NCBI GenBank assembly: GCA_966250335.1
Contig: CBINGZ010000001.1
Coordinates: 129,010-193,009, forward strand
From: an uncultured bacterium
GTDB lineage: Bacteria > Bacteroidota > Ignavibacteria > OLB7
Direction of reading: 5' to 3'
Length of the DNA stretch: 64,000 nt
Part shown: positions 51,160-61,780 of the stretch, in pieces
Layout of the letters: every line of letters starts with the position of its first letter
Numbering within the stretch: the first letter of the stretch is position 1
Position numbers and translations under genes: made by a program
Notes under the pieces: model-generated
Database searches by the model: none
Seen by the model: only the letters and a program-made list of their open reading frames with translations
Told to the model about the DNA's origin: nothing

Positions 51160-53427
51160 TCAGCGGACGGCGCCGAGCGTCTCCCCTGCGCCGGCGATCC
51201 GCCGCGCGTCGGTCGCAAGGGTCACGAACTCCTTGCGGTATCCCTCCGCATCGCTCCCGGCGGCGCCGGAGGCGAGCCTGATGACATCGTCGTACGATGC
51301 GGTTCCGGCGTAGGAGGAGTTCCTGAGAAGCAGTCCGAGTTCCGCGACGGCCGCCGAGAACCGGAAGTTCTCGCTCGCCTTCTCCACCGAACGCTTCTCG
51401 TTCTTGACGACCGCCCCCATCAGATTGCTGACGCTGTCGGCCGGGTGCTTGTAGCGTAGGCGGACCTCCATCAGATCTCCCTCGCCGTAGGCGGCCGGGC
51501 GCATCGACTCCAGCCTGTGCTTCGAGGGGTCCTTCGGCTTCTCGATATCGTACTTCACCTCGGCGCCGGTCGGGATGATCTCGTAGAGAGCGGTGACGGA
51601 GTGTCCGGCGCCCAGTTCCCCGGCGTCCTTCCCGTCGTCGTCGAAGTCACGCGCGGCAAGGGCGCGGTTCTCGTAGCCGATCAGACGGTAGGCGGCCACC
51701 ATCTTCGGGTTGAACTCGACCTGGATCTTCACATCCTTGGCGATCGCATAGAGCGTTCCGGTCAGTTCCGTGGCGAGCACCTTGCGCGCTTCCTCGATAT
51801 TGTCGAGGAAGAAGAAGTTCCCGTTGCCGTTGTCGGCGAGCCCTTCCATGTTGGCGTCCTGATAATGTTCGGTGCCGACGCCGAGGACGGAGAGGAAGAT
51901 CCCCTCCTTGCGCTTCGCCTCGATGATCGAGACAAGTCCATCGTAATCCGACGTGCCGATATTGAAGTCGCCGTCGGTGGCAAGGACCACGCGGTTGTTC
52001 CCCCCGGGACGGAAGTTCTCACGCGCCATCCTGTACGCCAGCTCGATCCCGTCGCCGCCGGCCGTCGATCCCCCGGCATCCAGGCTCTCGATCGCCGCCA
52101 TGATCTTCTCCTTCTTGATGCCCGAAGTGGGGGGAAGCACCACCCGCGCGGCGCCGGCGTAGGCTACTATCGAAACGCGATCCTTTTCCCGGAGATTGTC
52201 GACCAGCAGTTTGAACGACTTCTTCAGGAGGGGGAGGCATTCCTCCGGGTCCATCGATCCGGAGACGTCGATCAGGAAGACCAGGTTGCTCGCGGGGGCC
52301 TCCGCGGGGTCCATCACGCGCCCCTGCAGACCGACGTGGACGAGACGGTGGTCCGAATTCCAGGGACAGTCGGCGGTCTCGGTAATGATCGCAAACGGAT
52401 CCGTTCCCTTCGGCGCCGGATAATCGTAGGTGAAGTAGTTCACCATCTCCTCGATTCTCACCGCGTCGACGGGGGGAAGCTCGCCGCCGTTGATATGGCG
52501 CCGCGTATTGCTGTACGAGGCGGCGTCCACATCGATGGAGAAGGTGGAGAGAGGGCTGGAGGAAGGGGCCAGGAAGTTGTTCTCGACGACGGGACGGTAG
52601 CGGGTGGGGCGCACCGGCTCCTCGACGACCTCACGCACATTGACCGAATCGGAGATCGTGCCGGGGGAGGGGAGATCCTTGATCGGCTTCAGCATGTTCT
52701 CCAGGGGACGGCCGCCCCGTATGGAGAGACCGTTGCCCGCGGTGGCGACCGCCGTACCGGAAGCCGTTATCGAGGAGAAGGTGACGACGTCCCCATCGAT
52801 GATGTCGGCGCTCGCTACCGGACCGTCGACGATCTCGGCGCCGGCAACGGAGTTGTCGGTAATGTCGGCGCTTGCTATGGAGTTGTCGAGAAGATCGACG
52901 CTCAGCGCGGCGCCGTCGGCAACCGCATTGGCGACGGTCGTCGCCGAGTAGCCGAGGGTCATCGGGCTCTCGATGATTTCGTTGGAGCCGATGGTCTTAT
53001 CGCCGAGATCATCGACAGTGATCGTTGCGTCGATAATGTCTATCCGGTTGATGGCGTCGTTGGCTATATCCTCACGGCTATATTCTCCGCCGTCGCTGTC
53101 GGCCCGTATATCGGCCGAGGTGACCGAATTATCCATCAGTTCTATCCCGTCGACCCTCACTCTCTCGGTCGTCTTTCGCGAGCCGCGGATATCCCGTGCG
53201 ACGCTCGCCTTCTTCTCCCTCCTGGCAGAGGTCACGACGACCTTCTCCGGCATCACGGCCGGAGCCGGAGCTGCAACCGTTCCCGACGACGGTGAAAGGG
53301 GACTGCTGTCGAGGGCCTCTTCCCGCTTCTTCGCGCTCTCCTGCGGGGAGCTGCATGAAGCGAGAACGGCGACGAGAAGCGAGCCGAGAACGACGTGACC
53401 CGACGTTTTGTTGAATGGTGCGCGCAT
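51160..53427 (-). CDS. von Willebrand factor A domain lipoprotein (YfbK-like: N-terminal DUF3520-like + VWA)
   Basis: Lipobox LVAVLASCSS; LSTFSIDVDAASYSN; VWA MIDAS motif LIDVSGSM...ATDGDFN; start chosen at MRAPFNKTSG with GGAGGAGG RBS. Confidence 0.75.
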   Translation of the reverse strand: MRAPFNKTSGHVVLGSLLVAVLASCSSPQESAKKREEALDSSPLSPSSGTVAAPAPAVMPEKVVVTSARREKKASVARDIRGSRKTTERVRVDGIELMDNSVTSADIRADSDGGEYSREDIANDAINRIDIIDATITVDDLGDKTIGSNEIIESPMTLGYSATTVANAVADGAALSVDLLDNSIASADITDNSVAGAEIVDGPVASADIIDGDVVTFSSITASGTAVATAGNGLSIRGGRPLENMLKPIKDLPSPGTISDSVNVREVVEEPVRPTRYRPVVENNFLAPSSSPLSTFSIDVDAASYSNTRRHINGGELPPVDAVRIEEMVNYFTYDYPAPKGTDPFAIITETADCPWNSDHRLVHVGLQGRVMDPAEAPASNLVFLIDVSGSMDPEECLPLLKKSFKLLVDNLREKDRVSIVAYAGAARVVLPPTSGIKKEKIMAAIESLDAGGSTAGGDGIELAYRMARENFRPGGNNRVVLATDGDFNIGTSDYDGLVSIIEAKRKEGIFLSVLGVGTEHYQDANMEGLADNGNGNFFFLDNIEEARKVLATELTGTLYAIAKDVKIQVEFNPKMVAAYRLIGYENRALAARDFDDDGKDAGELGAGHSVTALYEIIPTGAEVKYDIEKPKDPSKHRLESMRPAAYGEGDLMEVRLRYKHPADSVSNLMGAVVKNEKRSVEKASENFRFSAAVAELGLLLRNSSYAGTASYDDVIRLASGAAGSDAEGYRKEFVTLATDARRIAGAGETLGAVR

Positions 53428-53659
53428 GGCGGCATCCTCCTCCCTTGTATATTGAACGGAAGTTTCTGTACGGAATCTCTTCTGTACTGAGTGTCTGAAG
53501 TCTCGGCGTTCGAACGACCGAGGCAAGGACGATGAGGGATACGCGATGTAACATCCCCCCCGTGGCGGCCGTCGGGTCCCGAACGGGAACATGGTCGGAA
53601 GGGAGGAAGAGAAGCGGCGATCCTAACAATCAACTACATCGAATTTCAGCGAAGCGAAT

Positions 53660-54031
53660 ATGGCGGACCAGACAAGCAAGGCGATTCTCATCAGCAACAC
53701 CGCGGATCAGACGGCGAACGGCGTCGAGCCGCTGAACGAGCTGCTGGCGCAGAAATGGAAGATCGTGGAGTCGATCCGGGTGGGGAACGAGAAGACCGAG
53801 AACGGCTCCATGCTCCTGATTCTGGAGGAAGGGGGAACGGTCGATCAGCGCGCCGTGCTGATAAAGAGCACCACCGGAGAGCGGAACGGCGTGGCGACGG
53901 TGAACCAGCTTCTGATCGACGGATGGTCGGAAAAACAGCTCGCGCTCGCGATCAACGACCAGTCGACACTCCTGGTGCTGGCGCGCCGCGATACGAAGCA
54001 TGTCGGCTTCGCGGCCGACAAGTGGAAGTAG
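53660..54031 (+). CDS. Hypothetical protein
   Basis: ORF followed by strong hairpin. Confidence 0.35.
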   Translation: MADQTSKAILISNTADQTANGVEPLNELLAQKWKIVESIRVGNEKTENGSMLLILEEGGTVDQRAVLIKSTTGERNGVATVNQLLIDGWSEKQLALAINDQSTLLVLARRDTKHVGFAADKWK

Positions 54032-54045
54032 AAGATATACGCGAA

Positions 54046-54075
54046 GGGGGGCCGGACGATATGTTCCGGCCCCCC
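54046..54075 (+). terminator. GC-rich hairpin GGGGGGCCGGA-cgatatgt-TCCGGCCCCCC
   Basis: Seen directly, 15 nt after stop of 53660..54031. Confidence 0.5.
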
Positions 54076-54190
54076 TTCGACCTCTTGAGCAGTCCGATAT
54101 AATCTCGACGCAGCATGTAGCCGCTGTGCCGTGTTACGATATATTTAATTCGCAGTCCCGTCGACTCCGCCCATCTATCTGGTTCAACAG

Positions 54191-54796
54191 ATGGAACAGT
54201 TCCCTCCCTCCTCGTCGCATCCCCCGCGAAACGTATCGATCGCCGATAGAATCGTTTCCCGCACATGGAAACGGGTCTGGACTTCGTTCGTCGTCGCGAT
54301 CTTCTTTCCCGGCAACAGCTTCCCGATAGGGACGTTGTTGAACTTCCTGATACCGGTGGAGGGAGAGGAGTCGAGACCGCCGGCCCTGCTTCCCTGGACC
54401 ATCCTGATGATTCTCTGCACGGCGCATCGCATCTGGCGGGAACGGGGACTGCGGAGAATAGTCTCGACCGTCGAGTTCGACGACGAGAAGAGTCTGCTCG
54501 TGCTGCGAAGCATTGCTGGAAAGCTCGCGGCGCGACCGATCGAGCTTACCTACGAAGGGCTGAGCTGGCGCGTCGAAATACCGAAGGGAGTCTACGCGAA
54601 ACCGCTCACGGCGCTACATATATCGCATAACGGCAGACTCGTCGCCACGCTCCACAACCGTTCGGAGGAATGGTGGGGGCAGGATCTGAAAAACCTGCGC
54701 GAGATCCTCGAATCGCTTCCTACACCCCCTCCTCGGAGATCAGATATGCCAGAAGCGCCATCGCGGCAGCCCCGAGCTCAAGCTCTCGCTCGTTGA
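54191..54796 (+). CDS. Hypothetical membrane protein
   Basis: ORF with two hydrophobic segments; 3' end overlaps convergent M28 gene by ~76 nt, so boundaries doubtful. Confidence 0.3.
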   Translation: MEQFPPSSSHPPRNVSIADRIVSRTWKRVWTSFVVAIFFPGNSFPIGTLLNFLIPVEGEESRPPALLPWTILMILCTAHRIWRERGLRRIVSTVEFDDEKSLLVLRSIAGKLAARPIELTYEGLSWRVEIPKGVYAKPLTALHISHNGRLVATLHNRSEEWWGQDLKNLREILESLPTPPPRRSDMPEAPSRQPRAQALAR

Positions 54797-56138
54797 CCTT
54801 CTCGAAGGTGTCGATCTCCGTGTGGTGGTAGTCGAAATAGCGGTGCGACTCCACGGAGAGACCGATATTGAGCGTCCCATGCTTCTTCAACGGGCCGATA
54901 TCCGCCCCTCCGCCTCCAGCCTCGAACCTCTCGGCCCCCATCGCCGCGAAGAGGCTGCGCCAGCGCCCGAGCGACGCCACCGTGTCAGCCCCCGCCTCCA
55001 CGTAGAAACCTCGCGGTGCGAACCCTCCGCGGTCGCTCTCGATGGCGGCGACATGGCGCGGTCCCTGCCGGCCCACCTCGTCGGCATAGGCGTGCCCGCC
55101 GCGGAGACCGTTCTCCTCGTTCATGTAGAGGACGGCCCGGATCGTCCGCTTCGGTCGTATGCCGAGATGCTTCAGCAGCCGGAGCGCCTCGATCGCCTGG
55201 ACGCATCCCGCGCCGTCGTCGTGCGCCCCTTCTCCCACGTCCCAGCTGTCCAGATGCCCGGCGATCAGCACGACTTCGTCCGGCAGCTCGCTTCCGGTGA
55301 TCTCCCCGACCACGTTGTGCGACTCGGCATCCGGCAGCGTCCGGCAGTGGGTCGTCAGCTTCACGCGGAGGGGAGAGGATCCCTTCAGCATCCCGCTCAA
55401 CCGCTCGGCGCTCTCGATGCCGAGCGTCACGCCGGGAATCTTCGGTTTCGACTCGTCATATCGCAACATGCCGGTATGGGGAACGTCGTCGCGCGCCGTC
55501 GTCATCGAACGGACCAGCACCGCGGCGGCGCCGACTCCCGCCGCCGTGCTCGCCCCGGCCACCCGCTGATCGACCGCCCCGCCGTAGGCATCGAACGTGC
55601 TGACCAGCGAACGGTCCATCGGGCGGTTGAAGAAGATGATCCTGCCGCGAGCCTTCTCGCCGAGCCCCCTCGCTTCCTCCAGACTGTGAACCTCGATCAC
55701 CTCCCCCTCGATCCCCTCGGCCGGGGTGGCGACGCTTCCCCCCAGAGCAAGGACCCGGAACGGTGATCCGTTCTGCGTCCCGCCGACCACGACCAGCTCT
55801 TCGGGCGCTCCCCGTTCCCAGTGCGGAACCGTCACCGGCTGCAGCATGACCTTCTCCAGCCCCTTCTTCTCCATCGCTCTCCGGCCCCAGTCGACGGCGC
55901 GTGCAGCCTGGGGGGAACCGCTGAGCCGGGCGCCGACGAACTTCGTCAGATCGTAGAGCATCTGGTGGGCTTCACCGGCGGAGAGGGCCGAATCGAGAAT
56001 CGCGGCCGCCACTTCGCGGTAACGGTCCGGTATGACGGTCTCCCGTCCGGTCGTCTGGGCTTCGGTCGATAGATGCAGCGTGAAGAGAGCAGGGAGGGTG
56101 AGGAGGAGAGCGCGGTATCGGATCATGTCACGGATCAA
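54720..56138 (-). CDS. M28 family peptidase with PA domain
   Basis: Signal peptide; zinc ligands HxD...D...EE...H pattern (IAGHLDSWDVGEGAHDDGAG, MNEENGLRGG). Confidence 0.8.
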   Translation of the reverse strand: MIRDMIRYRALLLTLPALFTLHLSTEAQTTGRETVIPDRYREVAAAILDSALSAGEAHQMLYDLTKFVGARLSGSPQAARAVDWGRRAMEKKGLEKVMLQPVTVPHWERGAPEELVVVGGTQNGSPFRVLALGGSVATPAEGIEGEVIEVHSLEEARGLGEKARGRIIFFNRPMDRSLVSTFDAYGGAVDQRVAGASTAAGVGAAAVLVRSMTTARDDVPHTGMLRYDESKPKIPGVTLGIESAERLSGMLKGSSPLRVKLTTHCRTLPDAESHNVVGEITGSELPDEVVLIAGHLDSWDVGEGAHDDGAGCVQAIEALRLLKHLGIRPKRTIRAVLYMNEENGLRGGHAYADEVGRQGPRHVAAIESDRGGFAPRGFYVEAGADTVASLGRWRSLFAAMGAERFEAGGGGADIGPLKKHGTLNIGLSVESHRYFDYHHTEIDTFEKVNERELELGAAAMALLAYLISEEGV

Positions 56139-56348
56139 TCTGTGGAACGATTATGCAGACGGCAAAGATACTCAGATCGTAGTGAGCGGCGATACCGAAC
56201 CGACGGCGTTTAGGACTTCCCCTCCCAGCCCGATAGCCGTACCTTTATCGCCGGACAGGGAAACTATTCCCGTTCCTCTCCGTCTCTGCATGTCGCCCTC
56301 TGCCGGCGACCTTCGGGACCCGTCGGGCATTCACGCGACATCGATGTT

Positions 56349-58955
56349 ATGGGCTTCATATCCTCTTCGCTGTCGGAGCGCTTCGGGCGCCTGACCGACA
56401 ATCATTTCCGGATCATCTACTCGATCATCGTCGTCCTGACGCTGGGCTCGATCGCGTTCGCCTCGATCCGTATCCTCAGCGACAACCTCGTCAACTCCGA
56501 CGACACGCTCTGGACGACGAGGGAGATCGACGGAAAGACCGCGCTCGTCGTCGATTCGGTGCTGAAGGGGGGGGGAGCGGAGAAGGGGGGGGTTCTGAAG
56601 GGGGATGAGGTCGTGGCGATCAACGACGTCCCGATCACGAACCCCGACCCGAACGCCGCGCAGGTCATTCTCAACCAGGCTCCGACCGACCGGGAGATCC
56701 CCTACGTCGTGAGGCGGGACGGAATCATACACCACCTGAAGATCCGCCTCACCGGGCAGCTCATCTTCGTCCGCGCGGTCATCCCGCTGGTGGCGCTTCT
56801 CTGGCTGGTGATCGGGGCGATGGTCGCCTTCGCGCGACCGCAGGGGGTCGTGCAGCGGCGGTTCTTCCTGACGGGGGCGCTGATGCTCTTCGCGTTCGTC
56901 TCGCCGGCGCGGCTGCAGGGGGGTGGGATCTCCGAGCAGATCCTTGCGTACGCCTGGGGATTTCTCTCCATCATGTTCTATCCCCTCTGGCTCCATTTCT
57001 GCACGATCTTCCCGGTCGACCAGCGGATCTTCAACACGCGCGGCCGCCGGTTCGCTCTCTACTCGATCGTCTGGGCCTATCTGCTGCTGACCGCGGTCCG
57101 GTTCCTGCTGAGCTGGCTCTACAGCGACGGCCAGATCAGCAGACCGACGGCGATCCTCATCTTCCAGATCATCGGCGCCGCCTTCGTCATCGGCGCCGCG
57201 CTCTATTTCATCGCGGGGATCTGGTTCCTCTTCAGGGCCTACGCCCGGATGCCGATCGGCTCCAGCCGTCGGCCGATGCGGGTGCTGCTGGCGGGCGCGG
57301 TGCTCGCCGGTCTCTCCTACGCCTATTTCGCCGTGGTGCAGACGAGCAACCTGGGGCTGACCCTGATCGTCAATCCCTACCTGCTCCTTCCGATGCTCCT
57401 CCTCCTGGCGCTGCCGACCTCGTTCGCCTACGGCATCTTCTTCTATCAGCTGATGGATTTCCGGATGGTGGTGCAGACCACGCTGGTCTACACCGCCACC
57501 ATGGCGCTGATCGGCGCCCTCACCCTTGGAGTCGCCTACGGCTTCGGCAATGCGATCGGGTCGCTGACCGGGGAATCGATGGAGACGACGGTGACCTGGA
57601 TCGCGGTCGTCGTCTTCCTTCTCCTCTTCGAGCCGATCAAATGGCAGGTACAGACGACGATCGAGAACAGGTTCTTCCCGCAGTACCGCGACTTCACCGA
57701 CCAGATCGCCGCCTATTCGGAGCAGATCTCCGAGACCGTCGGCACCCGCGCCGTCGCCGAGCTGATGGCCTTCACGATGAAGCACGGGCTGCAGCTCCGC
57801 GGGGTCTACGTGCTGGTGGAGCCGAGGGAGAAGGAGCTGGAACTGCTCGCCAAGGCGACCGACTTCCCGCCGCTGGAGGTCCAGTACGCGTCGATCATGA
57901 GGCTGCGGGGGCTGCTGCACGAGGCGCACGACATCATTTCGCTGGAAACCGTCAACGACCCAGCGCTCGCCTCCATCCAGGAATGGTTCTCCTACGTGGT
58001 CGGCCTCTTCGCGCAGGGACGAGTGATCGGCATGGTCCTTCTGACCCGTCCGGCCGACGGCGCCGCGCTGAGCGGACGGCAGCTTCAGTTCATCTCCGGC
58101 GTGGCGCGCCAGGGGGCCGGGGCGATCGAGGCCGCGCGGCTCTACGGCGAGGAGCTGGAACGCCAGCGATACCGAGAGGAGCTTGCCACGGCACGACGCA
58201 TCCAGGAGAGCCTGCTCCCCTCCGCGATGCCGAAATTTCCCGGCATCTCCATCTGCGCCATGGCGCGCTCGGCGCAGGCGGTCGGCGGGGACTATCATGA
58301 CGTGATACAGCTGGAGGAGGGACGCTTCCTCGTGATCATCGCCGACGTCTCCGGCAAGGGGCTCCCCGCGTCTCTCTACATGGCCGAATTCCACGGCATG
58401 GTCAGGATCGCCAGCGCGACCAGAGGGACGCCGAAGGAGATTCTCTCGATGCTGAACGAACACCTGAGCGCGATCATCGCGCGCGGATCGTTCATCACGG
58501 CGACCATGCTCCTTTTCGATACCCGGCGCAGGAGCGTGGGGATGGCGCGGGCGGGGCACACCCCGATCATCCGCCGCCAGGGCTCGGAGGTCGACACGCT
58601 GATCCCCGGAGGGATCGCCCTGGGACTCGGCTCGCGCGATATCTTCACGCGGTCGCTCCAGGAATACACGGTCCGGTACGAGCCGGGGGAGACCTTCATC
58701 CTCTACAGCGACGGCGTTTCGGAGGCGATGAACGCCTCCCGCGATGAATTCGGCGAGGGGCGGCTGATGGATGTCGTCTCCTCCATGTCCGACGACGGCG
58801 CCGATGCGATCTGCGGCGGCATCGCCCGCCGGGTGGATGAGTTCAGAGGGGGGGCCGAGCAGAACGACGACGTCACGATCGTGGTGATCCGGATCGAGAA
58901 GGAGGTGGGGGAGACGACCGAGAACGTGAGATCGGCTCCGGCGCGGAGTCGATAG
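56349..58955 (+). CDS. Membrane sensor phosphatase: PDZ domain + polytopic membrane region + SpoIIE/PP2C serine phosphatase domain
   Basis: PDZ-like GGVLKGDEVVAINDVPI; ~8 TM helices; PP2C motifs AVGGDYHDV...VIIADVSGKGLPASLYMAEF...LYSDGVSEA. Confidence 0.75.
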   Translation: MGFISSSLSERFGRLTDNHFRIIYSIIVVLTLGSIAFASIRILSDNLVNSDDTLWTTREIDGKTALVVDSVLKGGGAEKGGVLKGDEVVAINDVPITNPDPNAAQVILNQAPTDREIPYVVRRDGIIHHLKIRLTGQLIFVRAVIPLVALLWLVIGAMVAFARPQGVVQRRFFLTGALMLFAFVSPARLQGGGISEQILAYAWGFLSIMFYPLWLHFCTIFPVDQRIFNTRGRRFALYSIVWAYLLLTAVRFLLSWLYSDGQISRPTAILIFQIIGAAFVIGAALYFIAGIWFLFRAYARMPIGSSRRPMRVLLAGAVLAGLSYAYFAVVQTSNLGLTLIVNPYLLLPMLLLLALPTSFAYGIFFYQLMDFRMVVQTTLVYTATMALIGALTLGVAYGFGNAIGSLTGESMETTVTWIAVVVFLLLFEPIKWQVQTTIENRFFPQYRDFTDQIAAYSEQISETVGTRAVAELMAFTMKHGLQLRGVYVLVEPREKELELLAKATDFPPLEVQYASIMRLRGLLHEAHDIISLETVNDPALASIQEWFSYVVGLFAQGRVIGMVLLTRPADGAALSGRQLQFISGVARQGAGAIEAARLYGEELERQRYREELATARRIQESLLPSAMPKFPGISICAMARSAQAVGGDYHDVIQLEEGRFLVIIADVSGKGLPASLYMAEFHGMVRIASATRGTPKEILSMLNEHLSAIIARGSFITATMLLFDTRRRSVGMARAGHTPIIRRQGSEVDTLIPGGIALGLGSRDIFTRSLQEYTVRYEPGETFILYSDGVSEAMNASRDEFGEGRLMDVVSSMSDDGADAICGGIARRVDEFRGGAEQNDDVTIVVIRIEKEVGETTENVRSAPARSR

Positions 58956-59056
58956 AGGCCCGGCGGGATCACACCCGGCGCGCCGCCGGAGATACCGGTC
59001 CGGCGCGGGGCATGACCATACCTTACTTTGTGATTTTTCGCGTACTTTCGGCCTCC

Positions 59057-61750
59057 ATGATCCGACCTTTCTCAGCACTGGCCGACCGATTCCGAGGGCT
59101 CTCCGACACCGGATTACGGATCGTTTTTTCCGTGATCGCCGTCACGTCGCTCTCCTGGATCATCCTTTCCGCCACCTTCTTCATCAGGGGACCGGAGAGC
59201 GACACCCCGCGCGTACTCCATACCGACGATCTCCTCTGGGGAGCACGGAAGACCGACGGGAAGCCGTCGCTCTACGTCGAATCGACCGTCACCGGCGGAA
59301 GAGCCGAGCAGGCGGGGATCAGGGTGGGGGACAGGATCGTGGCGATCAACGGCCGTGTGGTCTCCGGAGCGGACGGGAACGCGCTCTCGCGCAACGCCCA
59401 GAATTCGCTCGATTCCGCACCGGTCGATGTGCCGATCCCCTATGTCATCGAACGTAGCGGGAAGATCCACGAACTCTCCATCCGCCTGCGGGAAGAGTCG
59501 AAAAAGGGGATCCAGCGCCCGGCCAGCCATCGCTACATCTTCCTGGTCTTCCCTCTCTTCGCCACGGTCTGGCTGATCGTGGGGACGATGGTGGCGCTGG
59601 CGCAGCCGCGAGGGACGGTGCAGCGGAAGTTCTTCTTCACGGCGGCCACGGTCATCTTCGCCTTCTCGCTGCCGGGGGCGATCTCCACCGATTCGTCGGC
59701 GACCATCATGGTGGGATCGACCACCAAGGGGATCGTGGTTTTCCTTCAGTTCCTTCTGGGGGTGACCTTCTATCCGCTCTGGCTCCGCTTCTGCACGACC
59801 TATCCGGTCGACCAGCAGATCTTTTCCACACGAGTCCGGCGGATCTTCCTCTTCAGCCCCGTCTATCTCTATCTCACCGCCGCCGCCTTCTTCGGCTTCC
59901 TGGTTCTTACCACATCGGGGAATCTGGGGACTCCGGGCCCGGCGATGATGCTCCTCGGGATCGCCTTCGTGGGAGGGCTGGGGCTCTGCTTCCTCTATTT
60001 CTACGGCGGGATCTTCTTCCTCTACCTCGGCTACCGTCGTCTGCCGAAGGAGGTGAACCGGCGTCCGATGCGGCTGATTCTGCTGGGGGCCTGTCTTACC
60101 GGGTTCGCGCTGATCTACTTCATCGTGGTGATCGTCCTCGACTCGCTGGGACGGAACATCATCTCCAGCCTCGCCTTCTTCTATCCGGTCGTGCTCCTGC
60201 TGGCGCTCCCGATCGCGTTCGGGTATGCGATCTTCAAATATCAGGTGATGGATTTCAGGCTGGTGATCAAGACCACCATGGTCTATACCGCCACCATGAT
60301 CCTGATCGCCGGGCTCTATCTGGCGCTCGGATATGCGATCGGCCAGGCGTTCGATCTCATGTTCGGAAGAAGGTTCGAGGGGGTGATCGGCGTGATCGGC
60401 TTCGTCCTCTTCATCATGCTCTTCGATCCGGTCAAGCGGCAGATACAGACGGCGATCGAGAACAGATTCTTCCCGCAGCGGCGCAATTACGGACATCATC
60501 TGGCCGCCTACACCGCGCAGCTCTCGGAGACGCTCGGAGAAAAGGGGATTGCCCGGCTGACGGCCCGGACGCTCCGTCTGGCGCTCGATCTGGACGAGGT
60601 CCGCGTCATCATCGACGACAGGATCTTCGCCGACCGGCACACGGAGACGCAGGGGACGGTCGAGCCGTTGAGCGAGGAGGAGCTGGAGGCGCTCCGACGG
60701 GTCGTCCTGGAATCGCGCACGGCCGTTCAGCTCGCCACGGTCGACGCTCCGGAGCTGGAGAGTCTGCGCCGGACGTTCCCGTACGCCGTGGGGCTCCACG
60801 CGCAGGGAAGAATCGTCGGCATGGCGCTGATGAGCGCTCCGCGGGGGGGCGATTCGATCAGCGGGAGTCAGACGCCCTTCATCACAGGGGTGGCGGGACA
60901 GGGAGCGGCGGCGCTCGAGGTGGCCCGGCTCTACGAGCAGGAGATCGCCCGACTCCGCTACCAGGAGGATCTCGCGACCGCCAGAAGAATCCAGGAGAGC
61001 CTCCTCCCCGGCGTCATGCCCGATGTCGCCGGTCTCTCGATCAGCGCGATCTCGAAGCCGGCCCAGGCGGTCGGCGGAGATTACTACGAGGTGATCCGCC
61101 TCGGCCCCCACCGGCTGCTGGTGCTGGTCGCCGACGTCTCCGGGAAGGGACTTCCCGCCTCCCTCTACATGGCGGAGCTGCACGGCATGGTAAGGATCGC
61201 CGGTACGCAGTGCGATACTCCCAGGGAGATCCTTTCCACCATCAACCAGCATCTCTACGAAGGGATGTCGAGAGGGACTTTCGTCACCGCCGGCGTGGCG
61301 CTCTTCGACACGGCGGCCGGCACCGTGAACGTGGTACGGGCGGGACATACGCCGCTCCTCCGGAAGCACAACGGGAACGTCGATTCCATCGTTCCACGAG
61401 GAATGGGACTCGGTCTCTGCGGCAACGGTCTCTTCTCCAATACGCTCCAGCAGCAGACGATTCCGCTCCGTCCCGGCAACTCCTTCATCCTCTACAGCGA
61501 CGGCGTCTCGGAGGCGATGAACGCGCGGAGCGAGGAGTTCGGCGATCAGCGGCTGCAGGATCTGGTCGCCGGAGCGCATCGGGCCGACCCGGTAACCCTG
61601 AGGGACGATATCCTTCAGGCGATCGACAGCTTCCGCGGCGACGCCGAGCAGAACGACGATATTACGATCGTGGTGGTCAGAGTGGAGGAGATTCTGGAGG
61701 AAGCCGCGGGGGAGATGATCCCGACCGCGGCCGTGACGGCGACCTCCTGA
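59057..61750 (+). CDS. Tandem paralog: PDZ + polytopic membrane + SpoIIE/PP2C phosphatase
   Basis: Same motif set (AGIRVGDRIVAINGRVV; AVGGDYYEVI...LVADVSGKGLPASLYMAEL...LYSDGVSEAMNA). Confidence 0.75.
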   Translation: MIRPFSALADRFRGLSDTGLRIVFSVIAVTSLSWIILSATFFIRGPESDTPRVLHTDDLLWGARKTDGKPSLYVESTVTGGRAEQAGIRVGDRIVAINGRVVSGADGNALSRNAQNSLDSAPVDVPIPYVIERSGKIHELSIRLREESKKGIQRPASHRYIFLVFPLFATVWLIVGTMVALAQPRGTVQRKFFFTAATVIFAFSLPGAISTDSSATIMVGSTTKGIVVFLQFLLGVTFYPLWLRFCTTYPVDQQIFSTRVRRIFLFSPVYLYLTAAAFFGFLVLTTSGNLGTPGPAMMLLGIAFVGGLGLCFLYFYGGIFFLYLGYRRLPKEVNRRPMRLILLGACLTGFALIYFIVVIVLDSLGRNIISSLAFFYPVVLLLALPIAFGYAIFKYQVMDFRLVIKTTMVYTATMILIAGLYLALGYAIGQAFDLMFGRRFEGVIGVIGFVLFIMLFDPVKRQIQTAIENRFFPQRRNYGHHLAAYTAQLSETLGEKGIARLTARTLRLALDLDEVRVIIDDRIFADRHTETQGTVEPLSEEELEALRRVVLESRTAVQLATVDAPELESLRRTFPYAVGLHAQGRIVGMALMSAPRGGDSISGSQTPFITGVAGQGAAALEVARLYEQEIARLRYQEDLATARRIQESLLPGVMPDVAGLSISAISKPAQAVGGDYYEVIRLGPHRLLVLVADVSGKGLPASLYMAELHGMVRIAGTQCDTPREILSTINQHLYEGMSRGTFVTAGVALFDTAAGTVNVVRAGHTPLLRKHNGNVDSIVPRGMGLGLCGNGLFSNTLQQQTIPLRPGNSFILYSDGVSEAMNARSEEFGDQRLQDLVAGAHRADPVTLRDDILQAIDSFRGDAEQNDDITIVVVRVEEILEEAAGEMIPTAAVTATS

Positions 61751-61780
61751 GTCGTCTCGAACGTTCGGAACCGGGCGGAA

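Noticed and set aside
56331-61579. Two very long minus-strand ORFs (915 and 821 aa) opposite the PP2C phosphatase genes
   Set aside because: Shadow ORFs. Their translations are Arg/Asp/Glu/Pro-rich with no motifs, whereas the plus-strand products have coherent PDZ/TM/PP2C architecture.
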